Source: Bacilli bacterium (GTDB lineage: Bacteria > Bacillota_I > Bacilli_A > RFN20 > CAG-288). From it: DNA of 64,000 nucleotides. Shown in pieces: positions 8,975 through 18,729 of the stretch. The position numbers and the translations under genes are program-made. Numbering within the stretch: position 1 is the first letter of the stretch; each line of letters begins with the position of its first letter. The notes beneath the pieces were generated by a model, which saw only the letters and a list, made by a program, of their open reading frames with translations, was not told where the DNA came from and ran no database searches. The DNA is taken from assembly GCA_900770925.1 (NCBI GenBank), contig CAAGLY010000016.1, positions 4,523 through 68,522 on the forward strand. Reading direction: 5' to 3'.

Positions 8975-11536
8975 ATGTCTGAAGAACAGAAATATACAAC
9001 CAAAGTCATCGATGCCATCAATCAAGGAGCTGCAATTGCCAAGGACAATTCGCTCGCCTGTTTTGATGTCCCTGAACTGCTCCGTGCCTTATATGACCAG
9101 GACGGTTCTAGGTATCTGAATATCAGGGAAAAGCTCGGTATTGATTCTAAGCAGGTTTCCCAAATTATCGATTCCTATATCCACGATTCAGTGAAAACTA
9201 CTTCTCAGGAAGAGCCCCAGCCATCCTCTGATATCAATAACAGGCTTTATCAGGCTACGAAGTATCAGAAAGATAGGAATGATAGCTATAGGTCGGTCGA
9301 ACATCTACTTTTAGCACAATTTGATTCCCGCCATTCTATCAGGCAGAAACTGACTAAGCTTGAAGGCTATAACAAAGACGGATTCCAGAAAGCCATCAAG
9401 CAGATTCGCGGAAACAGCCATGTTACCAGCGATAATCCGGAAGCCCAATACGAGGCATTGAAAAAGTACGGAAGAGACCTTGTCAGTGATGTCGCTAGCG
9501 GAAAAATCGATCCGGTTATCGGCCGGGATAACGAAATCCGCCGAATCAGGGAAATCCTTTCCCGTAAGAGCAAGAATAATCCGGTTCTTATCGGTGATCC
9601 TGGCGTAGGTAAAACTGCTGTGGTCGAAGGTCTTGCCTGGAGAATCTTCAAAGGCGATGTTCCGGAGACTCTGAAAGATAAGACTATTTTCGAATTGGAT
9701 GTCGGTTCCTTGATTGCCGGAGCAAAATACCGCGGTGAATTCGAGGAACGTCTGAAAGCTGTTAGGAAAGAAGTCGCGAAGAGTGATGGCAAGATTATTC
9801 TCTTCATCGATGAGATCCATACTTTGATTGGTGCCGGAGCCGGCGGAGATTCCTCTCTTGATGCCGCAAACATCCTTAAGCCCAGGCTTGCCCGCGGTGA
9901 GCTTCATTGTATTGGAGCTACTACCTTGAATGAATACCGGAAATACATTGAAAAGGATCCTGCTTTTGCCCGAAGAAGGCAGAAAGTCATGATTGACGAG
10001 CCTACAGTTGAAGATTCCATCGCTATTCTCCGCGGTATCAAGGATCGTTATGAACAGCATCATGGCGTAGAAATCACTGATGATGCCATCATCTCTGCCG
10101 TCACCCTCTCTAAGCGTTACATTACCGACCGTTTCCTTCCGGATAAGGCAATCGATCTGATTGATGAGGCTTGTGCAAAAGTCCGTAGGCAGATTGATAC
10201 TAGGCCGGAAGAGCTTGATGAAGTATCCCGTCACCTTAGGCAGTTGCAGATTGAGAAAGTCTCTCTGAAAAACGACGAATCCCCCTCTGCAAAGCAACGT
10301 TATGACGCTAGGGAGAAAGAAATCGCTGAACTCCAGAGCCAGAAGGATACTCTGACTGCACAGTGGAAAGCCGAAAAAGCCGAATCCGATAAACAGAAAG
10401 ATATCAAGAAAGCACTTGATGTCGCGCGTCTCAACCTTCAGAAAGCAAGGCAGGATGCCGATTACAACACTGCCGCCAAGATTCAGAATAGGGTAATCCC
10501 GCAGCTTCAGACTAAACTGAAGGAGGCATTGGAGAAGACAAAATCTTCTTCTATGCTCTCCGATATGGTTACAGATGAAACTGTCGCAGAAGTCATCTCT
10601 AGCCAGACCGGAATCCCGGTCAGCAAACTCACTAAGAGCGAGAGTGAAAAGATTCTCTCCCTCAAGGATGAACTTGCAAAACGGGTAATCGGTCAGGATG
10701 AAGCACTTAAGCAGATCAGCGACTCCATTATCCGTTCACGGGCAGGTCTCTCTGATCAGAATCGTCCTATTGGAAGCTTCCTCTTCCTTGGTCCGACTGG
10801 TGTCGGTAAAACAGAGGTGGCAAAAGCCCTTGCTGAGCAGCTCTTTGATTCCGAAAAGCAGATTGTCCGGATCGACAGGTCAGAATACAGGGAAAAGGAA
10901 TCGGTTTCCCGTCTTATCGGTGCAGCACCGGGCTATGTCGGCTACGAAGAAGGAGGTCAGCTTACGGAGGCCGTCCGTCGGAAGCCATATTCAATTGTCC
11001 TCTTTGATGAAATCGAAAAGGCCCATCGGGATGTCTTCAATATTCTCCTCCAGGTTCTCGATGACGGCCGTCTGACAGATGGTCAAGGCCGTACAATTGA
11101 CTTTACCAACACCATAATTATCAGGACAAGTAACCTTGGCTCTGAATATCTCCTTGACGGAAACACAAAGCAGAACCGGGATAAGGTAAGGGATTTACTA
11201 AAGAAATCCTTCCGCCCTGAATTCCTGAACCGTATCGATGAGATTGTCATGTTTAACTCTCTCAATGAGGGTGTTATCGACCAGATTGTCCAGAAATTCC
11301 TCAATCTTCTCAAAGCACGGCTTGCTGCAAAGAACATCACTTTCAGCTATGATGATAAAGCAGTTGAGTTCATTCATAAGGAGAGCTATTCTCCTGCCTA
11401 TGGTGCACGTCCAATCCGCCGATATGTCCAGAGCTATGTCGAAACCCCTCTTGCCAGGAAGATGATTTCCAGCGAAAGGAAAGACAAAGTCACTCTGACT
11501 TCCGACGGAAAGCAGCTGTTGTTCTTAGCTAAGTAA
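8975..11536 (+). CDS. clpB: Chaperone ClpB (AAA+ disaggregase)
   Basis: 853 aa. Two Walker A motifs (GDPGVGKTA, GPTGVGKTE). Long middle coiled-coil typical of ClpB. Confidence 0.95.
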   Translation: MSEEQKYTTKVIDAINQGAAIAKDNSLACFDVPELLRALYDQDGSRYLNIREKLGIDSKQVSQIIDSYIHDSVKTTSQEEPQPSSDINNRLYQATKYQKDRNDSYRSVEHLLLAQFDSRHSIRQKLTKLEGYNKDGFQKAIKQIRGNSHVTSDNPEAQYEALKKYGRDLVSDVASGKIDPVIGRDNEIRRIREILSRKSKNNPVLIGDPGVGKTAVVEGLAWRIFKGDVPETLKDKTIFELDVGSLIAGAKYRGEFEERLKAVRKEVAKSDGKIILFIDEIHTLIGAGAGGDSSLDAANILKPRLARGELHCIGATTLNEYRKYIEKDPAFARRRQKVMIDEPTVEDSIAILRGIKDRYEQHHGVEITDDAIISAVTLSKRYITDRFLPDKAIDLIDEACAKVRRQIDTRPEELDEVSRHLRQLQIEKVSLKNDESPSAKQRYDAREKEIAELQSQKDTLTAQWKAEKAESDKQKDIKKALDVARLNLQKARQDADYNTAAKIQNRVIPQLQTKLKEALEKTKSSSMLSDMVTDETVAEVISSQTGIPVSKLTKSESEKILSLKDELAKRVIGQDEALKQISDSIIRSRAGLSDQNRPIGSFLFLGPTGVGKTEVAKALAEQLFDSEKQIVRIDRSEYREKESVSRLIGAAPGYVGYEEGGQLTEAVRRKPYSIVLFDEIEKAHRDVFNILLQVLDDGRLTDGQGRTIDFTNTIIIRTSNLGSEYLLDGNTKQNRDKVRDLLKKSFRPEFLNRIDEIVMFNSLNEGVIDQIVQKFLNLLKARLAAKNITFSYDDKAVEFIHKESYSPAYGARPIRRYVQSYVETPLARKMISSERKDKVTLTSDGKQLLFLAK

Positions 11537-11541
11537 AATTT

Positions 11542-11579
11542 GCCGGGGATTAATCTATCCCCGGCATTTTCTTTTTTTC
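11542..11579 (+). terminator. Rho-independent terminator of clpB
   Basis: GCCGGGGA..TCCCCGGC hairpin followed by a T-run. Confidence 0.8.
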
Positions 11580-11580
11580 T

Positions 11581-11607
11581 AAAAAACCTCGGAGCAGAGC
11601 TCCGAGG
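11581..11607 (-). terminator. Hairpin terminator for minus-strand transcription from nth
   Basis: CCTCGGAGC-AGA-GCTCCGAGG stem with an A-run on top (U-run on the minus transcript). Confidence 0.6.
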
Positions 11608-11738
11608 CCGGCAAAAGGAATTTCTGGACCGAAAAGCTTTTACCATATATGATTATACCATAGAATAAGGTTTTTATGCCTTTTTATTTTCTGAAAGCCG
11701 TAATTTTAACAAATGTCGGTTTTCTATGCCCTAACCGA

Positions 11739-12407
11739 TTATTTGTCTTTTATTTTCTTTCTGCTTCGATAAAAGCGACAGAACGAGGCAAAAGGACAGC
11801 AATTGCAACTAGGTTTCTGGCTCTTACAGATTTCACGTCCGAATAGAATCAAGGAATGGTGCCTATCGATTGCATGCTGATTCTGGAATAATTCTTCTAA
11901 GGCCAGTTCTGTTTTTTCCGGAGTGTAGGACTCGGGAACTAAGCCAAGACGATGGGCAACACGATAGATGTGGGTATCAACCGGAATAAAAGGATAGTCA
12001 TATAATTCCGCAAGAACCACTCCGCTTGTTTTAAAGCCGACTCCGGGGAGTTTCCTTAATTCGTTTCGGTCTTTCGGAACGGTTCCGTTATATTTCGTCA
12101 GGAGGACTGAAGCACTCTTAATCAAATAGTTTCCTTTGCTTTTTCCTAATCCGACATGTTTGATACAGGTAAGGATTCCCGGGAGGTTTTCCCTGGTATA
12201 GTCCTCGAGTTCAGGAAATTTTGCAAATAGCAGTGCTGTCGCTTCATTGACAGATTTATCTGTCGCCTGAGCAGAAAGAATAACAGCGAAAAGAAGCTCC
12301 CAGTCTTTCTTGTAGTGCAGGAACGATTCAGTATGAGGATAGTACCGGTTAAGATAACCAGCAACTTCCTTTGCCTTATTTTCCCGAGTCAATCGTCCAG
12401 TCTTCAT
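11739..12407 (-). CDS. nth: Endonuclease III (Nth)
   Basis: HhH-GPD motifs (LPGVGFKTSGVVL, VDTHIYRV) and C-terminal 4Fe-4S cluster CxxxxxxCxxCxxxxxC. Start chosen at MKTGRL (12407); the longer ORF to 12503 would overlap dnaD by 128 nt. Confidence 0.8.
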   Translation of the reverse strand: MKTGRLTRENKAKEVAGYLNRYYPHTESFLHYKKDWELLFAVILSAQATDKSVNEATALLFAKFPELEDYTRENLPGILTCIKHVGLGKSKGNYLIKSASVLLTKYNGTVPKDRNELRKLPGVGFKTSGVVLAELYDYPFIPVDTHIYRVAHRLGLVPESYTPEKTELALEELFQNQHAIDRHHSLILFGREICKSQKPSCNCCPFASFCRFYRSRKKIKDK

Positions 12408-13029
12408 TATTGAACAGTTCGCTATAGTCAATCTGCTTACCAGTCTTTTCGTTGACTGTAGAAGTTCCGATTGTCTTCCGCCCCTGGCTTCTCTGCCTTT
12501 CACGAATCCTCTTATCCGCCTGAGTGAAGGAGATACCGGAAGCGCGAACAGATTTTTCCAAGGCCTCTTTTATCCTATTCTGGCTAACTCCGTCCTGAAG
12601 CCATCTTGCGATATACTGACGCTGAACAGGTGAGATTTCCTTACTTCCCTGAAGTCTCTGAACATAATCGAAAAACTCGTTATCGGCAGCTGTTTCCGGT
12701 CCGTTTTCTTTCCGTAAGGCAGTATCCTTAATAAAGTCATCAAATATTTTCTTTTTGAAAGAAACCAAAGAGGAGCAGAAAGAATTACTGTTATTTTCCC
12801 TGACAATAATCTTCTTCTGCCTAAGTTTAGCTAAGCAGGCGTCGATTTCATCAGAGGAGAGATGCCTAAAAGGAGCAAGAGAATCCGCAGTCAGAAGAAG
12901 CGTGGAATCAGATTTAAGAAGCTCATCCGAAACTAGGAGCACCATGACATCATTTTCGCTGAGGTCATAGTTCAGATAACGTTTAATCAGCCTTGATCTG
13001 AAATCGAAATCCTGATAATTGATTTCCAT
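12376..13029 (-). CDS. dnaD: DnaD-domain replication initiation protein
   Basis: C-terminal ..FDYVQRLQGSKEISPVQRQYIARWLQDG.. matches the DnaD DDBH2 region. GGAGG Shine-Dalgarno sequence 9 nt before the ATG at 13029. dnaD-nth order as in Bacillus subtilis. Confidence 0.7.
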   Translation of the reverse strand: MEINYQDFDFRSRLIKRYLNYDLSENDVMVLLVSDELLKSDSTLLLTADSLAPFRHLSSDEIDACLAKLRQKKIIVRENNSNSFCSSLVSFKKKIFDDFIKDTALRKENGPETAADNEFFDYVQRLQGSKEISPVQRQYIARWLQDGVSQNRIKEALEKSVRASGISFTQADKRIRERQRSQGRKTIGTSTVNEKTGKQIDYSELFNNEDWTIDSGK

Positions 13030-13030
13030 A

Positions 13031-13711
13031 TCATTGTTCCTCCTCGAAGGCAAAGCGTAAGGAGAGAGTTTCAACCCTCTCCTGCCGGAACTTTTCCGGA
13101 CATTTATTCACTTCCTCTCTGATTTTCCCTTTTTTAAGATTCAGAATCAAGTCTTTCGATTTGATCCTAGAACGATAAAGCCGGTGTGTAATCTTCAGAT
13201 TCAGTTCCTTGCTGAACCGGAACGCACGGAGAATCCGGAGGGGATCCTCTTCTAAACGTTTCCTCGGTTTACCTATCCTAGAAAGTCTCTTCTTCTTGAT
13301 ATCTTTCCTTCCATGCCCGGTAGGGTCAAAAAGGTTGCCTTCGCAGTCGGCATAAAGAGCGTTGATGGTAAAATCTCTGCGTAAGCAGTCTTCTTCCCTA
13401 GTGGTGACATAGGTTATGTGCTTAGGATGCCGAAAATCCTGATAGCCGTCTTCTTTTCTCCTCGTAGCAATGGTAATCGAATAACCATTCAGTTTAAACG
13501 ACACGGTTCCGAAATGAGAAGCATAGCCATAAGGAAATGCCTGCTTAGTGCTCTCCGGATCCGCCGAAGTCGCAATATCGATATCTTTACTTACGCGATG
13601 CCTAAGCTGGTCACGGACAAAACCGCCGACAAGGAAGACTTTGCCTCTTCCTAATTTTTCTCCGACCAGATTCCTGACATCCTCTACACCAGATTCTAAT
13701 TGAATTTTCAT
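13031..13711 (-). CDS. CCA tRNA nucleotidyltransferase homolog, head and neck domains only (226 aa)
   Basis: GGFVRD, DIDIAT, RRDFTINAL and EDPLRILRAFRF motifs are present. The protein ends about 170 aa short of full-length CCA enzymes. No Shine-Dalgarno sequence; the ATG directly follows the hup terminator T-run. Confidence 0.7.
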   Translation of the reverse strand: MKIQLESGVEDVRNLVGEKLGRGKVFLVGGFVRDQLRHRVSKDIDIATSADPESTKQAFPYGYASHFGTVSFKLNGYSITIATRRKEDGYQDFRHPKHITYVTTREEDCLRRDFTINALYADCEGNLFDPTGHGRKDIKKKRLSRIGKPRKRLEEDPLRILRAFRFSKELNLKITHRLYRSRIKSKDLILNLKKGKIREEVNKCPEKFRQERVETLSLRFAFEEEQ

Positions 13712-13738
13712 AAAAAAGGCCGCTATAATCTAGCGGCC
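13712..13738 (-). terminator. Terminator of hup
   Basis: GGCCGCTA-TAATC-TAGCGGCC hairpin with a U-run on the minus transcript. Confidence 0.75.
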
Positions 13739-13765
13739 AAAGAATCAATTCCAGAAAGACAACGA

Positions 13766-14071
13766 CTACTTTTCGTTGATTAAGTCTTTTAACGTCTTAG
13801 AAGGTTTGAACTTGACTGCCTTGGAAGCAGGGATGGTGATTTTTTCTTTCGGAGAAGAGGGATTGACGCCTTCGCGTTCAGGACGCTCAACAAGAGCGAA
13901 CTGACCGAAACCGGCAATTTTAACGGTTCCGAAATCCGGATCAACTAAGCCTTTGGCGATTTCAGCAAAAACGGTTTCAACAACCTGAATTGCATCGCCT
14001 TTCTTCCTACGGGCTTTCGTCACTAACTGTTCAGCAATGTCTTCTTTTGTGATAATTTTTTTATCTTCCAT
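13766..14071 (-). CDS. hup: DNA-binding protein HU
   Basis: 101 aa. Conserved HU arm ..GFGQFALVERPEREGVNP... Confidence 0.9.
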   Translation of the reverse strand: MEDKKIITKEDIAEQLVTKARRKKGDAIQVVETVFAEIAKGLVDPDFGTVKIAGFGQFALVERPEREGVNPSSPKEKITIPASKAVKFKPSKTLKDLINEK

Positions 14072-14231
14072 CAGCTGAAACTCCTTTCTGTATGCTTAAG
14101 ATACCACGATTAAGGAACAAATGCAAACCTTTTTCTGATTATTGCCTTATTATCGGCGTTTTTGGGGATTTATTGATTGCCAAATGGCTTTAATCCAGCC
14201 CAAGAATCACCTCATGGAAGGGAAAAAAGAG

Positions 14232-15563
14232 TTATTTCCTACCAATATTGTCTTCTCTCTTAGCACGGATAAGAAGGCGGATAGGAGTATTATCGAACCC
14301 GAATTCCTTACGGATGACATTCTCAAGATAACGCTTGTAAGAGAAGTGGAAGTAGTTCGGATTATTGCAGAAGACGATGAAGGTCGGAATGGAATCCTTT
14401 GTCTGGGTAATGTAGCCGATTTTCAGACGACCGCCATTAAAGTCCGGAGCTTCATTATCAAGCTGGGCACGACTAATCAAGGAATTCAGGAGCGAAGAGG
14501 GGACTTTCTTGTTCAGATTAGTCTGGATATCATCCATGGCTTTAAAGATTGCGTTGATATTCGTTGCATTGATTGCCGAAGTAAAGACAACCGGAGCGAA
14601 ATCAAGAAAACGAAGATTGGCTTTCCTTTCCTTTACGAAATTCTGCTGGTCCTGTGGCCCATGGGAATGAAGATCCCATTTATTCACAATCAGGACAACT
14701 GGCTTGTTGTTATCCCTAGCATAAGAGGTGACATGGATATCCTGGCTTACTAAGCCTTCGGAAGCATCAATCAGAAGAAGAATGATATCCGCACGTTTTG
14801 CCGCATCCGCAGAGCGGATAACTGCAAACTTATCCAAGTCCTCTTCAACCTTTCCTGGGCGTTTGACACCGGCAGTATCAATCCTGACATACTTCTTTCC
14901 GTTCCGGACGAAAGGAATATCCACACTGTCTCTTGTCGTACCCGACCTAGGGGAAACAATAACTCGTTCCTGGCCTAGGATAGCATTAGCTAAGGAGGAT
15001 TTACCGACATTCGGCCGTCCAAGGAGAGCAAAAGTAAGGGAATCCTTATAATCACGCACCTGCTTCTTCGGGAGACGTGAAATGGCTTCATCAAGCCTAT
15101 CGCCAAGCCCTAAGCCATGTTCAGCAGAGATAGCATGAGGATCACCGAGACCTAAGGAATAGAAATCGTAAACATTTCCGAGCCTTGTCGTATCATCGAT
15201 TTTATTGACAATCAGCCTGACCTTTTTCTTGTAAGGCATGAGCTTTTCGGCAACAAAGAGGTCGTTGTTGCTCCTGCCTAAACGGCCGTCAACAACAAAG
15301 AAAATAAGGTCCGCTTCTTTTTCAGCAAGTTCAACCTGGTTCTGAACTTCTTTCTGGAACGGAATCTTCTCCTTGGTGATACCGCCGGTATCAATCAAGG
15401 TGAAGGTCTTATCCAGCCAGTGCCCGGTTCCATAGTTACGGTCACGGGTGATGCCGAATTCCTTACCGGTGATTTCCTTCACTTCGTCAGTAAGACGGTT
15501 AAACAGAGTCGATTTTCCGCTTGAAGGAGAACCGACAAGGGCAATAGTTCCTAATTCTTCCAT
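14232..15563 (-). CDS. der: Ribosome biogenesis GTPase Der (EngA)
   Basis: Two tandem GTPase domains (GSPSSGKST.., GRPNVGKSS..) and a KH-like C-terminus. Confidence 0.95.
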   Translation of the reverse strand: MEELGTIALVGSPSSGKSTLFNRLTDEVKEITGKEFGITRDRNYGTGHWLDKTFTLIDTGGITKEKIPFQKEVQNQVELAEKEADLIFFVVDGRLGRSNNDLFVAEKLMPYKKKVRLIVNKIDDTTRLGNVYDFYSLGLGDPHAISAEHGLGLGDRLDEAISRLPKKQVRDYKDSLTFALLGRPNVGKSSLANAILGQERVIVSPRSGTTRDSVDIPFVRNGKKYVRIDTAGVKRPGKVEEDLDKFAVIRSADAAKRADIILLLIDASEGLVSQDIHVTSYARDNNKPVVLIVNKWDLHSHGPQDQQNFVKERKANLRFLDFAPVVFTSAINATNINAIFKAMDDIQTNLNKKVPSSLLNSLISRAQLDNEAPDFNGGRLKIGYITQTKDSIPTFIVFCNNPNYFHFSYKRYLENVIRKEFGFDNTPIRLLIRAKREDNIGRK

Positions 15564-16228
15564 ATCTTTCCTACTTTCTGTTCGAACAGGTCAATAATAG
15601 CCTGTGTCTCTTCTTCAATCGTCCTATCGGAAGTATCGAGTTCGATAGCATCCTTAGCTTTCCTTAAAGGAGAGTTCTCCCGATGGGAGTCGATGTAATC
15701 GCGTTTTTCGATATCCGATAAGATTTCATCCCTCGAACAGGGGATGCCTTTTTTTATAAATTCCTCATAACGGCGTTTTGCTCTCGCTTTGGCAGAGGCA
15801 ATCTGATAGATTTTCAGATCCGCGGAAGGAAGAACGACTGTGCCGATATCGCGTCCGTCCCTGACAACAGAATCGTTCTCTGCCCTCTTCTGCTGCAGCT
15901 TAACCATCTGCTGTCTCACTTCCAGATGGGCACAGGCGTAAGAGACAAGCTTAGAGACTTCCGGGCTACGGATTTCATTGCTGACATCCTGACCGTTTAG
16001 GAAAGTCCGCCCCTCTTTATCTTCTTCAATCTGACAGGAAGGAAGAAGGAAGATAGCGTCTTCCCGGCTCTTGCAATCCTTGTTCTTCTGCCTCCTGTAT
16101 AAAGTGAAGGCACGGTACCTAGCTCCTGTATCGATATAAAGGAAGCCTAAGGCCTTACTGACCCCTTTGGCTGCAGTCGATTTACCGCTAGCTGCAGGGC
16201 CGTCAATCGCAATGGCATAGTGTTTCAT
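15551..16228 (-). CDS. cmk: Cytidylate kinase
   Basis: P-loop IAIDGPAASGKST. Start overlaps the upstream ORF stop; end overlaps the der start. Confidence 0.9.
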   Translation of the reverse strand: MKHYAIAIDGPAASGKSTAAKGVSKALGFLYIDTGARYRAFTLYRRQKNKDCKSREDAIFLLPSCQIEEDKEGRTFLNGQDVSNEIRSPEVSKLVSYACAHLEVRQQMVKLQQKRAENDSVVRDGRDIGTVVLPSADLKIYQIASAKARAKRRYEEFIKKGIPCSRDEILSDIEKRDYIDSHRENSPLRKAKDAIELDTSDRTIEEETQAIIDLFEQKVGKIWKN

Positions 16229-16230
16229 TC

Positions 16231-16617
16231 TTATTTTCCTTTCCTGACGAAGACAACAATCAGAATCACGGCTGTCACAATCAAGGCGCTAGCCAAGCCA
16301 AGAAGAACATGGCGGAGAATCCTCATCTTCCGTTCTTTCTTCCGTTTATCCAGATAGAGGGACTTAGCTTCTTCCTCCCTCTTTCTTTTTTCCCTTTCCT
16401 CTTTTGCCTTCCTTAATTCTTCGACCGAAAGGGAAAGCGTGGAAGTAGAGACTTCCCTTGGCTTCTTCCTTTCCGGTTTATCCTCTTTTTCTTTTTCCTT
16501 TGCAACAGGAGGAAGATGTTTCTTCCTGGTTTTCGTCTCTTCAAAGGAGTAGGAATCCCTGTTAGAAATCTTATCCCGGAGCTCTTTATATAAAATAACG
16601 CGGCTTTTTGTTTCCAT
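16231..16617 (-). CDS. Hypothetical K/E-rich protein with a C-terminal membrane anchor
   Basis: 128-aa ORF, highly charged, with C-terminal TM LLGLASALIVTAVILIVVFV. First gene of the hyp-cmk-der operon. Confidence 0.55.
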   Translation of the reverse strand: METKSRVILYKELRDKISNRDSYSFEETKTRKKHLPPVAKEKEKEDKPERKKPREVSTSTLSLSVEELRKAKEEREKRKREEEAKSLYLDKRKKERKMRILRHVLLGLASALIVTAVILIVVFVRKGK

Positions 16618-16693
16618 AGAAAATCACCGTTTATATTATATCGGATAATGGAGCAAAGAGAGAGATTTGAGCAAGGAAAATATCAACAATCAG

Positions 16694-16722
16694 TTGCAGA
16701 AAGGACAGGAAAAATGTAGAAT
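16694..16722 (+). promoter_or_regulatory. Promoter of tRNA-Thr (TTGCAG-17-TAGAAT)
   Basis: -35 at 16694-16699, -10 at 16717-16722, about 10 nt before the tRNA 5' end. Confidence 0.55.
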
Positions 16723-16732
16723 ATTATTCGTT

Positions 16733-16808
16733 GCCGCTATAGCTCAGTTGGTAGAGCGGCTGATTCGTAATCAGCAGGTCGGAAGTCCGATTCTTCTTGG
16801 CGGCACCA
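16733..16808 (+). tRNA. tRNA-Thr (anticodon CGT), CCA encoded
   Basis: Cloverleaf folded by hand: acceptor GCCGCTA/TGGCGGC, D arm TAGCTCAGTTGGTAGAGCG, anticodon loop TTCGTAA, T loop TCCGATT, 3' ACCA. Confidence 0.9.
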
Positions 16809-16821
16809 TGATAAAAAGAAA

Positions 16822-16854
16822 AGCCTGAGGTTCGTGCCTCAGGCTTTTTGTTTT
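16822..16854. terminator. Bidirectional terminator between tRNA-Thr and rplQ
   Basis: AGCCTGAGG-TTCGTG-CCTCAGGCT 9-bp stem with a T-run downstream and an A-run upstream. Confidence 0.8.
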
Positions 16855-16861
16855 GTCCAGA

Positions 16862-17266
16862 TTAGTCGACGAAGGCTAAGATGGCCATCGGAGCATTGTC
16901 GCCACGACGATTGTAGGTCTTTAAGACCCGGGTGTAACCGCCATTACGATCTTTATACTTCTTGCCATAGACATCGAAGAGAATCTGAAGGGCATTCTTG
17001 CCGGTCTTCGGATCCTTGAATTCTTCGTGGACATAACGGGCAGCGAGACGGCGGGAGGCTAAGTCACCCTTCTTTGCATAGGTGACTAAGCGCTCGGCAT
17101 CCTGCTGAGCACGTTTTGCGACAGCGAAGGTTACTTCGACTTTGCCGCTGACAATCCTCTGGCTGATAACATTACGGAGCCTGGATTTTTCACGGCTATA
17201 AGTCCATCCGGTCTTAAAGCGGACACCGCCTTTACCATGGACATTGCTTCTTCCAATCGTACCCAT
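16862..17266 (-). CDS. rplQ: 50S ribosomal protein L17
   Basis: L17 core (..KRAQQDAERLVTYAKKGDLASRRLAARYV..GGYTRVLK..) following rpoA. Confidence 0.85.
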   Translation of the reverse strand: MGTIGRSNVHGKGGVRFKTGWTYSREKSRLRNVISQRIVSGKVEVTFAVAKRAQQDAERLVTYAKKGDLASRRLAARYVHEEFKDPKTGKNALQILFDVYGKKYKDRNGGYTRVLKTYNRRGDNAPMAILAFVD

Positions 17267-17286
17267 TGTAGATTACCTCACTTTAA

Positions 17287-18273
17287 TTACTTCGACGAAT
17301 CATCGCGCTGCAGGTATAAGCCATACACCGCGAGTTTGTCCAAGATTTCCTTATAGGACTTCTTTCCGAGGTTACGGACAGTCCTAAGTTCGGACTCTTT
17401 CCTGTTGCAGAGATCCTGAACAGTCTTTAAGCCATTACGCTTGAGACAGTTGTAGGAACGGACAGAAAGATCGAGATCCTCAAGCGTCCTAGCAGAATAC
17501 TTGTTCTCGGGCTTCTCTTCGCTGACAGACCTGACAGTTGCGGATTTAACAGCAGCATCAAGGTCTTCGAAGAGCTTGAAGTGTTCGTCTAAGATCTTGC
17601 CGGCTAAGGCAACGGCATCGCTCGGAGCCATAGAACCATTGGTCTTGACTTCGATGATCAGCTTCTCATAGGAAGCATCGTAGCCGACACGGGTCGGCTC
17701 GACCTTGATCTGGACTTTCTCAATCGGAGAATAGTTGGAGTCGACAGCGATACGGCCAAGCGGCCAAGACGGATCCTTGTTCTCTTCGGCAGTGACAAAG
17801 CCACGGCCTTTCTTCGCATGGAGAACCATCTTGATATGACCGCCTTCGCTCAGGGTGCAAAGAGGCCTATCCTTGTTGACGACGCTCACCCTATCCGGGC
17901 AGACAATATCGCCAGCTTTGACTTCTTTTTCCTGACCATTGTTGCTATTGACCTTATTCTGGACATCTAAGCGGAGGACATATTCAGCATCCTTCTTATC
18001 CGACTCATCCTTAAGGACAAGATTCTTGATATTCAGGACAATCTGCGTCAGATCCTCCCTGACGCCTTCAAGAGGAGTGTACTCATGACGGGCACCCTCG
18101 ACTTCAATAGCATAAACGGCTAAGCCGGGCAGAGAGGAGAGAAGGACTCTCCGGAGTGCGTTTCCGATTGTGACGCCATAGCCCTGTTCGAGCGGCGAGA
18201 TCGAGAAACGGCCGGACGTATTCGTCACATCGGTTTTACCGATTTCGAATTTCGGTTGTTCGAATTCTTTCAT
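17287..18273 (-). CDS. rpoA: DNA-directed RNA polymerase subunit alpha
   Basis: 328 aa with N-terminal dimerisation domain and C-terminal domain. Position between rpsK and rplQ. Confidence 0.95.
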   Translation of the reverse strand: MKEFEQPKFEIGKTDVTNTSGRFSISPLEQGYGVTIGNALRRVLLSSLPGLAVYAIEVEGARHEYTPLEGVREDLTQIVLNIKNLVLKDESDKKDAEYVLRLDVQNKVNSNNGQEKEVKAGDIVCPDRVSVVNKDRPLCTLSEGGHIKMVLHAKKGRGFVTAEENKDPSWPLGRIAVDSNYSPIEKVQIKVEPTRVGYDASYEKLIIEVKTNGSMAPSDAVALAGKILDEHFKLFEDLDAAVKSATVRSVSEEKPENKYSARTLEDLDLSVRSYNCLKRNGLKTVQDLCNRKESELRTVRNLGKKSYKEILDKLAVYGLYLQRDDSSK

Positions 18274-18297
18274 TCAGACTCTCCTTCCCTTTTTCCT

Positions 18298-18714
18298 TTA
18301 GCCACGAGGACGCTTTGCCGGACGGCATCCATTGTGCGGAATCGGAGTGACATCCGCAATGGATAAGACCTTAAGTCCGGCAGCTTCTAAAGCGCGGACA
18401 GCAGTCTCACGGCCCGGGCCCGGGCCCTTGATTTCGACATCGACACTCTTTAATCCACGGTCGACACAGACTTTGGCAACATTGGTTGCAGCAAGCTGAG
18501 CGGCGAACGGAGTGGACTTACGGCTTCCGGAATAGCCGGAAGTACCTGCGCTTGCCCAAGCGATGACCTTTCCCTCTTCATCAGAGATGGAAACGATCGT
18601 GTTCGAATAGGAAGCGTGAATATGGGCGACACCCTTGGTAAAGTTAAGACGGGCCTTCTTTTTACGGATAGTGGTCTTCTTAGCTTTGGTTGTGGTTTTG
18701 GTAACTGTAGCCAT
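18298..18714 (-). CDS. rpsK: 30S ribosomal protein S11
   Basis: ..[31 protein letters not shown]... Confidence 0.95.
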   Translation of the reverse strand: MATVTKTTTKAKKTTIRKKKARLNFTKGVAHIHASYSNTIVSISDEEGKVIAWASAGTSGYSGSRKSTPFAAQLAATNVAKVCVDRGLKSVDVEIKGPGPGRETAVRALEAAGLKVLSIADVTPIPHNGCRPAKRPRG

Positions 18715-18729
18715 GACTTTTTCCTCCTA

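Noticed and set aside
9311-10297. 328-aa and 168-aa ORFs antisense to clpB
   Set aside because: Entirely inside the well-supported clpB gene. The translations are low-complexity and typical antisense artefacts.
11739-12503. Longer nth reading frame starting at 12503
   Set aside because: The first 32 residues have no counterpart in Nth proteins and would overlap dnaD by 128 nt. The internal Met at 12407 aligns with the usual Nth N-terminus.
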